From a bacterium (GTDB lineage: Bacteria > Margulisbacteria > Marinamargulisbacteria > CANKTL01), in the NCBI GenBank assembly GCA_947486405.1, contig CANKTL010000001.1, forward strand, positions 1-48,963: a stretch of DNA of 48,963 bases, given 5' to 3'. The translations under genes and the position numbers were made by a program. The notes beneath the pieces are model-generated. The model saw only the letters and a program-made list of their open reading frames with translations. It was not told the origin of the DNA and ran no database searches. Positions within the stretch are counted from its first letter, which is position 1. Each line of letters begins with the position of its first letter. Positions 37,631-45,769 of this stretch are shown one piece after another.

Positions 37631-38209
37631 ATGTCCCACCTCGATCACTATGCCAACCAAACCGAGACATTTCTGGCTGGGATTGATCAGGCTATCCACA
37701 ACTTACAAACTCAGGTGCCCATTCACTGCAAAGAAGGGTGCGGCAAATGCTGCGAAAATCCCAACGTTGAAAGCACCGTGTTGGAGGTAATTCCCTTGGC
37801 ACGGCACCTTGTTACTACGGGCCAGGCAGACGCCATATATGAAGCCGTAACCACGGCCACACGCCCACAATGCGTGCTGTACGCCGCTGATCCAAGTGTC
37901 CCCGGTAACGGACGTTGTACCCAGTATCACCACCGCCCTATGATCTGCCGCTTATTTGGGTTTTCGGTGTCCAAGGACAAAGCAGGAAACGGACGCCTGG
38001 CATCCTGTCCATTGGTGCTAGAGGCCTCGGGCGTTTCACCTGATTCGGTGGTTTTTGACTCCACCGAGGGCTTACCGGTCTATTCGGAATCCTGGATGGC
38101 CCTCACTGGCATTCACCCCGAGTGGGCCACCCAACGCTATCCCATTAATCAGGCGATCCGGCTGGCGATAGAAAAAGTAGCACTAGCGGACCAACTTAAA
38201 ACGTCTTAG
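37631..38209 (+). CDS. YkgJ-family (UPF0153) cysteine-cluster protein
   Basis: CKEGCGKCCENP (a CxxxCxxCC cluster) plus the later CVLY...RCTQYHHRPMICR. It starts 2 nt after the MFS stop. Confidence 0.75.
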   Translation: MSHLDHYANQTETFLAGIDQAIHNLQTQVPIHCKEGCGKCCENPNVESTVLEVIPLARHLVTTGQADAIYEAVTTATRPQCVLYAADPSVPGNGRCTQYHHRPMICRLFGFSVSKDKAGNGRLASCPLVLEASGVSPDSVVFDSTEGLPVYSESWMALTGIHPEWATQRYPINQAIRLAIEKVALADQLKTS

Positions 38210-39008
38210 TGGCACCTATTTTAATTAAATAGGCGCCTTCGCCAGGCACAAATGTCGGATAGATAAACCACTCGCCCTTCAAAACGCGATTCTGATTGCG
38301 ATCCCATACATAATTGCCAATGGCCTTGCCCACAAAATAACCAGCCACCATATCGGATACCCAGTGATTGTGACTAGACAGTAAAATCATGTAAGCAGCA
38401 ACGCCTGTAACATCCCAAAGGGTTTCTTGCTCGGTATATTTACCCACCACCGTAAAAAAAGCCATGTAAGCTGTGGCATGACCCGAGAAAAATGACGTCC
38501 CTGCGCCGCTGGCACTGGTGGAACGATGCCCCCACTGATACGGATCGTCAGTATGATTGGGGCGCAGTCGGCCGGTGATCAATTTGGTCCCTTGGCTAAT
38601 CACCCACGCATCTAAAACCGCTTCGCCGGCACTGTAGGCAAAACGACGAAGCGAGTCATCATCATTCTGTTCGGCATAGCCATAGCTCGCCTTAATGAAT
38701 TCGAATAAGGCATTGTCCAAATTGCCATCGGGCGACCATTCCGAAACTGAATAGGGTTGAAACACGGGTTTGATGGACGCTTCGTAATACGCGGTGGTTG
38801 ATCGATCCACGAGCATGAGTCCGCCGATGGTCGCGACCGCCATTGGAAATTGGGGATTTCGGATCAAACTAGAAGGTCCGACCAGCATCAGCTCGTAAAC
38901 ATCGTTAACAACCCAATAAGACGCCGTTGGTGACGGGGATGCTGCTGCAACGGCAGGTAGACCCCCGAATATACCGATTACCCCGAGAATGACCCCATAT
39001 CGAATCAT
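38196..39008 (-). CDS. PAP2-family lipid phosphatase
   Basis: PAP2 motifs KLITGRLRP, FFSGHAT and SSHNHWVSDMVAG. ATG 39008 forms an ATGA overlap with the GT9 stop and begins a signal/TM segment MIRYGVILGVIG. The track start at 39053 lies inside GT9. Confidence 0.82.
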   Translation of the reverse strand: MIRYGVILGVIGIFGGLPAVAAASPSPTASYWVVNDVYELMLVGPSSLIRNPQFPMAVATIGGLMLVDRSTTAYYEASIKPVFQPYSVSEWSPDGNLDNALFEFIKASYGYAEQNDDDSLRRFAYSAGEAVLDAWVISQGTKLITGRLRPNHTDDPYQWGHRSTSASGAGTSFFSGHATAYMAFFTVVGKYTEQETLWDVTGVAAYMILLSSHNHWVSDMVAGYFVGKAIGNYVWDRNQNRVLKGEWFIYPTFVPGEGAYLIKIGATKTF

Positions 39009-40441
39009 ACGCCAGCAGCGGGGTCCCACAACTGGTGGTAGATGCGGATCCAATTTTCGGCGCTTCGTTTTTGACGCAGCGGATTTTCGTTCAGAACTTG
39101 GGGCATTACATATTGGCGAACCGTTCCCATTACACCTTTAATCATGCTTCCCACCGCTGGATTAATGCGGCCATGAATCACCGTAATATTATATTGCTCG
39201 CAGAAATGAATCAGTTCGATTACCGATCCCCAGCCCTCTCCCCGAATTAAGATGGGGAAGATATGAAGGCCGCCGGATTCCAAGTCAGCTTTTAAGGTGA
39301 CGGCCCGAAAATATTCTTCGGGTGTTTGAACGGCCCACAGCACCCGGATTGAGGCCAATAGGTGCTGCGTTTTGATGGCTTTGAAGGTCCATCGTGAGGG
39401 TGTTTTACTTCTGGCAAGAACGTCAGTTAGTGCAGTTACCACGGTGTCTGGGGTCAGCCACTTCCAACAGAGATTGGGGCTACAATTTTGCTTGGGTGAA
39501 TGCACACACAGAGTATCTTGGCGCAGGACTTTAAATACAGGTGAAAGGGGACCTACCCGCGATGGAAAGTCGGCTTTTCGCGGCAAAAACATCAGCATGG
39601 GGCGTTGCGCATAGCTCGCCATTTGAGACAAACCTGAGGCGTTGCCAAAAAAAACATCGACTTTCGAAATTAATGCAAAAGTGTCAGCGAGAGGGGAGTC
39701 AAAAAAAAGCGATACGTTGGATCCGGCCAGGTCGGCAAAATGAGTCTGATCGTCTAACCCACCAAACAGGGCGACGTGATGGCCTTTTGCGGTCAATTGC
39801 GACACCGTGCCCCGAATGACATCGTGCGGAATCGCGACACCGGAGGCGTCGGTCGAAACATCTATACCCACCACCGAATTCCCTGATTTTCGCAGTGTCG
39901 CCATTTGCTCGTCGGCTGCGTCCATCGCCAGTGGCGGGACAGGTATCTGTAAATGCGGCAATCGGGAAATACTATTGAGTCGATCTAGAATCTTGAGGCT
40001 CATTTCGGCATTATGGCGGGTGATGATATCTCGCCCGCTGCGCACCCCGTGAGTGAAAAAATGAATGGGTAAAAAGGCCGTTGTATCGCCGATCCGTACA
40101 CGAATGCCACATTTTCGAGCCAAAATAGCTAATTTTAAATTAGACCATAATTCAAGGTATAAATCGGCATTTTCAGCCCGCAATTGCACTTCCAGTTCCT
40201 CCTGATTGCGAATCAGTCCCAAATCATTGCGCAGAACGACCAAAACAGACGCCACATCCGGGTGATTGCGAAATAATTCCGCACTTTCTGGTGCGCAAAT
40301 TACGACAATTTGAACATGCTTATAATTTTGTTTGAGCGCGGCCAAAACGGGCAGACTCAATACGGCATCCGAAAGGGTGTTGGCCTGCTGCACCACAACC
40401 TTAAATCGAGAGGCTTTAAAAAATAACGGAATAAGGGCCAT
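39005..40441 (-). CDS. Glycosyltransferase family 9 (heptosyltransferase-like) with ~130-aa C-terminal extension
   Basis: N-terminal FKVVVQQANTLSDAVLSLPVLAALKQNY and PESAELFRNHPDV match GT9 architecture. At 478 aa it exceeds the usual ~330-350 aa. Confidence 0.7.
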   Translation of the reverse strand: MALIPLFFKASRFKVVVQQANTLSDAVLSLPVLAALKQNYKHVQIVVICAPESAELFRNHPDVASVLVVLRNDLGLIRNQEELEVQLRAENADLYLELWSNLKLAILARKCGIRVRIGDTTAFLPIHFFTHGVRSGRDIITRHNAEMSLKILDRLNSISRLPHLQIPVPPLAMDAADEQMATLRKSGNSVVGIDVSTDASGVAIPHDVIRGTVSQLTAKGHHVALFGGLDDQTHFADLAGSNVSLFFDSPLADTFALISKVDVFFGNASGLSQMASYAQRPMLMFLPRKADFPSRVGPLSPVFKVLRQDTLCVHSPKQNCSPNLCWKWLTPDTVVTALTDVLARSKTPSRWTFKAIKTQHLLASIRVLWAVQTPEEYFRAVTLKADLESGGLHIFPILIRGEGWGSVIELIHFCEQYNITVIHGRINPAVGSMIKGVMGTVRQYVMPQVLNENPLRQKRSAENWIRIYHQLWDPAAGV

Positions 40442-40465
40442 ATTTCGCTAGTTGTACCTTACGGG

Positions 40466-42430
40466 TTACTCGTAACGCAATGCCTCTACGGTGTTTAGCT
40501 CGGCCGCCTGTTTGGCCGGCCATAGTCCGAAAACAACGCCAATGGCGATCGAAAATCCAGCGGCGATGCCAATGGCCGATAGCGTTACCGGTGTGCGCCA
40601 TCCAGTCACCGTTCCCACCAGTATTGCAATAAGTTCGCCCAAAATCACGCCCATGAGACCGCCCAATCCGGTGACTACGACCGATTCAATTAAAAATTGA
40701 TTCAAAATGTCGCTGCGGGTGGCGCCTAACGCTTTTCTTAGCCCAATCTCCCGGGTGCGTTCGGTCACCGATACCAACATAATATTCATTATTCCGATGC
40801 CGCCCACAAACAACGATATTCCAGCAACAATTCCCAACAAAATTGCAATCGTATTAACCGTGCCTTCAATGGTTTTTTGGATCTCCGACAGGTCCCGGAT
40901 CCGAATAAAATTTTCGACCTCGTCTGAAATTAAATGGCGCTGGCGTAGAATGTGTTCGATTTCAATTTTGCCCTGTTCCATCTGAGCAGCGTCTTTAATG
41001 TCGGCCTGAATCACATCGATATTCTTTTTGCCCAAGACCCGATGCATCGCTGTTGTGATCGGAATGATGATCACATCGTCGCGATCACGCCCACCCGAGT
41101 CCCCTTTGGGCTCTAAAACGCCAATGACTTGAAAGGGGATGCGGTTGAGCCGGACAGATTGGCCCAAGGGGTTTTGATCTGGGAAGAGGGCGTCTGCTGC
41201 GGTTTTGCCGAGCACGGCAACACGGCCTCGGTTATTGAGCTCAGTTTCGGAAAAGAATCGGCCTGAGCTGGGCGTCCAGTTTTCGGCTTCTCCGTAGCGG
41301 GCACTGGCACCGGTCAATGAGGTTTGGGTATTGTTATTCAAGTGCACGGCTTGAACGCGCCCAGTCACCTGGGGGTTTGCCGATTTTACGATCGGAAGTC
41401 GGGCAATGGCAGCGGCGTCATCAATTGTGAGCTTGCTATCGGCAGCGTCGCCCAAGTTCACGCCACCCCGTTCATCCAGGCCGGGGCGAATCATCAGGCG
41501 GTTAGCTCCCAGTACAGATAAATCAGCCCGAATCGACTGCTTGGCGCCTGTACCGATGGCCAGCATCGTTATCACCGCGCACACCCCGATCATGACCCCC
41601 AGTAGCGACAGAAATGACCGTAGTTTTTTGGCGCGAATGGCTTGAAACGCTTGCCGAACGTAATTGCCAATATTCAGGAAAAACGCCTTACGCTGCGGAT
41701 AAAATGGCGGGATGGATGCCCGTGTGTTCGTCTCGGCGCGCTCGGTCATAAGTCGTTTTTGATCTTCGATAATTTTACCGTCTCGCATGCGAATAATGCG
41801 ATGCGCGTGCTCAGCCACTTCTTGCTCGTGAGTCACCATCACAATGGTCATTCCCTTGGCATTGAGTGCTTCCAGTATGGCCATAATTTCGGCTTCGCTT
41901 TGTGTATCTAAATTGCCGGTGGGTTCGTCGGCAAACAATATCGCCGGTCCGTTGATGAGGGCCCGGGCGATCCCCACGCGTTGGCGCTCACCCCCGGATA
42001 ATTCGTTTGGCACGTGAGAAGCTCTGTGACGAAGCCCCATCAACTCGAGCTGGTGGAGAGCCGGTGCCAGTTCGGGCTTGCCGCTCGGCGAATACATCAT
42101 CGGCAGCTTCACGTTGTCTACCGCCGATACACCCGGTAAAAGGTGATATTGCTGGAAGACAAACCCGGCGACCTGGTTGCGAATTTGGGCCAGTTCCAGC
42201 TCACCCAACTGGGTAATGTCTTGTCCGTTAAATAAATAGCGCCCCAGTTCTGGAATGTCTAAAAATCCCAGGATATGCATCAGCGTAGACTTTCCCGAAC
42301 CTGAGGGGCCCATAATGGCCAAAAATTCGCCTGGGAAAATATCCAGATCGACCCCGGCTAAGGCCTGAAATTCAACCGAGCCGGTTTTATATATTTTTTC
42401 GATACCCTTAAGCGATATGAGGGGCGTCAT
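40466..42430 (-). CDS. macB: MacB-type ABC transporter (N-terminal ATPase fused to FtsX-like permease with large periplasmic domain)
   Basis: Walker A GPSGSGKSTL, signature LSGGERQRVGIARAL, Walker B ILFADEPTGNLD. Then TM1, a ~220-aa periplasmic domain and three C-terminal TM helices. 654 aa. Confidence 0.9.
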   Translation of the reverse strand: MTPLISLKGIEKIYKTGSVEFQALAGVDLDIFPGEFLAIMGPSGSGKSTLMHILGFLDIPELGRYLFNGQDITQLGELELAQIRNQVAGFVFQQYHLLPGVSAVDNVKLPMMYSPSGKPELAPALHQLELMGLRHRASHVPNELSGGERQRVGIARALINGPAILFADEPTGNLDTQSEAEIMAILEALNAKGMTIVMVTHEQEVAEHAHRIIRMRDGKIIEDQKRLMTERAETNTRASIPPFYPQRKAFFLNIGNYVRQAFQAIRAKKLRSFLSLLGVMIGVCAVITMLAIGTGAKQSIRADLSVLGANRLMIRPGLDERGGVNLGDAADSKLTIDDAAAIARLPIVKSANPQVTGRVQAVHLNNNTQTSLTGASARYGEAENWTPSSGRFFSETELNNRGRVAVLGKTAADALFPDQNPLGQSVRLNRIPFQVIGVLEPKGDSGGRDRDDVIIIPITTAMHRVLGKKNIDVIQADIKDAAQMEQGKIEIEHILRQRHLISDEVENFIRIRDLSEIQKTIEGTVNTIAILLGIVAGISLFVGGIGIMNIMLVSVTERTREIGLRKALGATRSDILNQFLIESVVVTGLGGLMGVILGELIAILVGTVTGWRTPVTLSAIGIAAGFSIAIGVVFGLWPAKQAAELNTVEALRYE

Positions 42431-43407
42431 GGGCGACGATTACCGCCCCCTTGAGGCCGAAAATTCATCAATCCCTGCTTTCGCCGTGGGCCGTTTTCGG
42501 CCTTTTGAATAGACACCAAAAACTCATCCCCAGGGCGAACCCGTTCTGATATCACTTCGGTGTATCCGTTGCTGGATAGCCCTGTCTTGATTCGAATCCC
42601 ACGATTGCGCTTGGCCGATTTGTCGCCCGATTTTGGCAGTAAAGTGGCCTGATCCTGGCGGTATTGAATTGCCCGGTCCGGCACCACAACGACGCCTTCA
42701 CGCTCATCTTTAATAATTTTAACCGTCGCCGTCATCCCCGATCGAAAATAATCCGGTACTTGCGATACCTGAATTTCAACATCATACACAGACACGTTGT
42801 TAACGATCGTTGATTCATAGGAAATATGAGTGACACTTCCGCTGGCGGTTTGATCGGCGTAGGCATCCAAACTAACCAATACGGGCATGCCCAGCTTAAT
42901 TTTGGAAATATCGGTTTCATCCACCTGCGCTTTTACAATCAACGCATCTGCAATGACAAACACCACCGAGCTCGCGTTTACCGTTTGACCCGGTTCCACA
43001 TTGCGCACAATGACCTGACCGCTGAGCGGCGAATACAACTGGGTTGGTTTGTACACTGATTCCCAATAGCTGACTTTGCCCCGGCCCTCGCTACGGGCCA
43101 CATCCAATAATGCGGCCCGGTCGGTGGAGCTCATAATTGCAAGCACGCTCCCGTTTTGCACATAATCGCCTTCATTGACCGCTATCTTTTCAATTCGGCC
43201 CCCAATCGGCGGAATAATTTCGACCCGATTTCGGGGCACAACAGTGCCCGGTGCTTCAACCGAATCCAATAGCGTTTTGCGCTCGGCAGTGACCGTTTCA
43301 AATTGAGGTGTTTGATTTTGGGATTGGGCGCGCCAAAACAGGCCTCCACCAACACCCAGTGCCACAATGGCAATCCCAGCAACGATCATCCATTTAGTTG
43401 GTATCAA
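42427..43407 (-). CDS. macA: Periplasmic adaptor (MacA/HlyD-family membrane fusion protein)
   Basis: N-terminal anchor and a lipoyl/beta-barrel pattern (GRIEKIAVNEGDYVQNGSVLAIM ... GQVIVRNVEPGQTV). ATGA overlap with macB. Confidence 0.85.
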   Translation of the reverse strand: MIPTKWMIVAGIAIVALGVGGGLFWRAQSQNQTPQFETVTAERKTLLDSVEAPGTVVPRNRVEIIPPIGGRIEKIAVNEGDYVQNGSVLAIMSSTDRAALLDVARSEGRGKVSYWESVYKPTQLYSPLSGQVIVRNVEPGQTVNASSVVFVIADALIVKAQVDETDISKIKLGMPVLVSLDAYADQTASGSVTHISYESTIVNNVSVYDVEIQVSQVPDYFRSGMTATVKIIKDEREGVVVVPDRAIQYRQDQATLLPKSGDKSAKRNRGIRIKTGLSSNGYTEVISERVRPGDEFLVSIQKAENGPRRKQGLMNFRPQGGGNRRP

Positions 43408-44701
43408 GCGACTCTCCTTTTACATGGCGCCATTCAGATTCGGCCACCCATACGTCTAGCTGTGCCCGCAATACTGATTTTTGAGATTGGACCAGGTTAT
43501 TCTCAATTAGAATCCATTCGTTAAATGATAAACGACCCGATTTGTATTGCAGCCCGGCAATATTGGCCCGCGACACGTTTGCATTCCAAAATTGGGTTTG
43601 AACCACCAGATTTTCAACCGCTGAGCGCCAATTTTCTCGGGCGACTTCCAACGACAAGAGGGCCGTGGTGCGGGCCTGTTCAAGCGCCAGCTCGGCAGAA
43701 GCGACCCGTAATTCAGCCGATTTCTGTGCGATGCCGATCGCCCCACCATCCCAAATTGAATAGTTAATGCCGACTTGGGCAGACAAATTGTCGGATTGGG
43801 CTGAAGTAGGGGAGAATGTCAGCGATTTTGAGGCTGATCCTCCAGCAGACACAGCGGGCAGTAGCTGCAACTGTGCGGCAGTCAAATTGCCTTTGGCGAC
43901 GGCCAATTGGGCAGTGGCTTCGCGAACGGCCGGTAATCGATCAACCAAAATGTAGTGATTTTCACTGGGAACTACCACGGGTACCGAGTCTGCCATAGTG
44001 GCATCATCCGAAAATCCCGATAAATCACCCGAGACCGACTGCGCCAATGTGAGCCGATTGAGTGCCACCGTGCGCTCCGACTGGGTAAATGCGGTTTGGG
44101 CGTCGATCCAATTGGCTTTGGACGTCATTAAAGCGCCTTCGTGCTCGAGCCCGCTGGCGTACCGATACTTGAGCAATTCATACTGGTCAGCACGACGATC
44201 AACAATGGTTTTATTCAGGCGCAGCAAGGCTTGCGAATACCACAATTGGTAAAATTGATTTCGCACATGGGCGTAGTCATTTGCTGCGGCTTGAATTGCA
44301 ACGGCTTCGGACGCGGCAAACCGGGATTCGGCGTTGGCAATACCCACCCCTAATTTTCCCCCATCCCAAAGCACCTGCGAAATCGACAAGGACGCGCCAG
44401 CGCCAGTGGCGGCCGAATCGCTGTTGCTTTTGCTGACGGTGCCGGATACGCCTGCCGATAATTGCGGCGTTAGTCCCGTGTGAGCCTCCTGAACGCCAGC
44501 ACGAGATAATTGAACATTCAGCGTGCTGATGGCCAAGACCCTGCTGTGATCTTGCAGTAAGTTCTCAACCACCTGCCAGGTGAGTGCCGGTTTGCCGGAC
44601 TGCGTCACTGGGGCGGTCGGTACGGCGTTAGCGGCCCATCCACCTGTGCTGTGGGTCAATAAAATTCCGCTAACAATGAGAGGTATCCATTTCATGGGCA
44701 A
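43394..44701 (-). CDS. TolC-family outer membrane efflux protein
   Basis: Signal peptide and two internally repeated coiled-coil/beta halves. 435 aa, with a 14-nt overlap to macA. Confidence 0.85.
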   Translation of the reverse strand: MPMKWIPLIVSGILLTHSTGGWAANAVPTAPVTQSGKPALTWQVVENLLQDHSRVLAISTLNVQLSRAGVQEAHTGLTPQLSAGVSGTVSKSNSDSAATGAGASLSISQVLWDGGKLGVGIANAESRFAASEAVAIQAAANDYAHVRNQFYQLWYSQALLRLNKTIVDRRADQYELLKYRYASGLEHEGALMTSKANWIDAQTAFTQSERTVALNRLTLAQSVSGDLSGFSDDATMADSVPVVVPSENHYILVDRLPAVREATAQLAVAKGNLTAAQLQLLPAVSAGGSASKSLTFSPTSAQSDNLSAQVGINYSIWDGGAIGIAQKSAELRVASAELALEQARTTALLSLEVARENWRSAVENLVVQTQFWNANVSRANIAGLQYKSGRLSFNEWILIENNLVQSQKSVLRAQLDVWVAESEWRHVKGESLDTN

Positions 44702-44779
44702 TAAGTCCTTTTAATGCCATAGAGTAACGGAAACCGCTAAAAGTTTTAAGGAACCTCAATAAAAATTCAGGTTAGCAAA

Positions 44780-45769
44780 TTAATAAAATTCAATTGAAAC
44801 GTAGTGCTGGTTGGTTTGCTGAAAATAATCTGAGGGTTCTAATGCGTAATTGATGGACAAGGAATCCAAAATTAAACTCAAGCCCAGCGATAAGCGGGGA
44901 CGAATTGTATTCACGACCAAATCTTCCCGCCATCCCGTTGAAACCATCAGCGTTTTGGAGCCGATAGGCGCGGTTGCACCAATTGCCTTGGGATAGAAAT
45001 TTCCTCGTTTTCGAACCTGGGCCATGACAGAAATTTGATATTCCGATATCGGATCAGATCGGTATGATCCGATAAACTCTCGCGGCACGCTCTCTTTGCT
45101 GCCATCGGAATAGGTGATGGCGGATCCCATGATGTTTCGGGCCACAACTGAAAACTGGCCATACTCGGTATTAAACAGAACGCCGGGGTCGAAATCCAGT
45201 GAAGTGCCAGACATTGTAGGCGAAAGTGAAGAAGAAAGGGATTTCATAGTAACGCCCAATTGAGTGTCCTTATTGAGGGTCCATCGGCCGCCCAACATAG
45301 TGGTGGTTGAACCCACGCTAAAGGTGCCCGCCGACGCAGCCTCTCCCAACCCATTTAGTTCAGTAATATCGATGTTGGCGATCGACGTTTTAATAATTCC
45401 CGCTGAAATTGCATATTGCGGATCAAAGGAAACTGCCCCAGCCAGATCCCAATAGGTAGCCTCAGTGGCCGTAAACTGGCACCACATCGTTGATGCCGAA
45501 TACCCTTGTTTGTCGCCCATCAGCGTGGCTGAGTTTTCAAAAATGGAGGAAGCTCCCTTAGAAAAACCTTCAATCGACCCGTGGCCGATCATCGTGGCCG
45601 ATGTGCCGATTTCGCCGCCGGCCGCTGGTAGGGAATAGGCCAGTACACGCTCAGGACAGCCTAAAAAGACAAGGGCCAAGAAGGGCGGAATTAAGAAATA
45701 GCGGGAGGCCTGAATCCAAATCTTTTCTTTAAGGTCATTCAGTTGTTTTGCGAATTGCGCTGTCGTCAT
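44780..45769 (-). CDS. Putative outer-membrane beta-barrel, PorV/PorQ-like
   Basis: Hydrophobic signal-like segment FLIPPFLALVFLG. Early motif GASSIFENSATLMG resembles the NPA-type motif near the N-terminus of PorV/PorQ proteins. Alternating beta pattern and a C-terminal aromatic YVSIEFY. ATGA overlap with the upstream giant gene. Confidence 0.45.
   Translation of the reverse strand: MTTAQFAKQLNDLKEKIWIQASRYFLIPPFLALVFLGCPERVLAYSLPAAGGEIGTSATMIGHGSIEGFSKGASSIFENSATLMGDKQGYSASTMWCQFTATEATYWDLAGAVSFDPQYAISAGIIKTSIANIDITELNGLGEAASAGTFSVGSTTTMLGGRWTLNKDTQLGVTMKSLSSSLSPTMSGTSLDFDPGVLFNTEYGQFSVVARNIMGSAITYSDGSKESVPREFIGSYRSDPISEYQISVMAQVRKRGNFYPKAIGATAPIGSKTLMVSTGWREDLVVNTIRPRLSLGLSLILDSLSINYALEPSDYFQQTNQHYVSIEFY

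Noticed and set aside
44702-44779. Terminator or promoter in the gap between the PorV-like gene and tolC
   Set aside because: I could not find a stable hairpin or a convincing -35/-10 pair by eye. The question of co-transcription is left open and noted under the envelope-locus finding.
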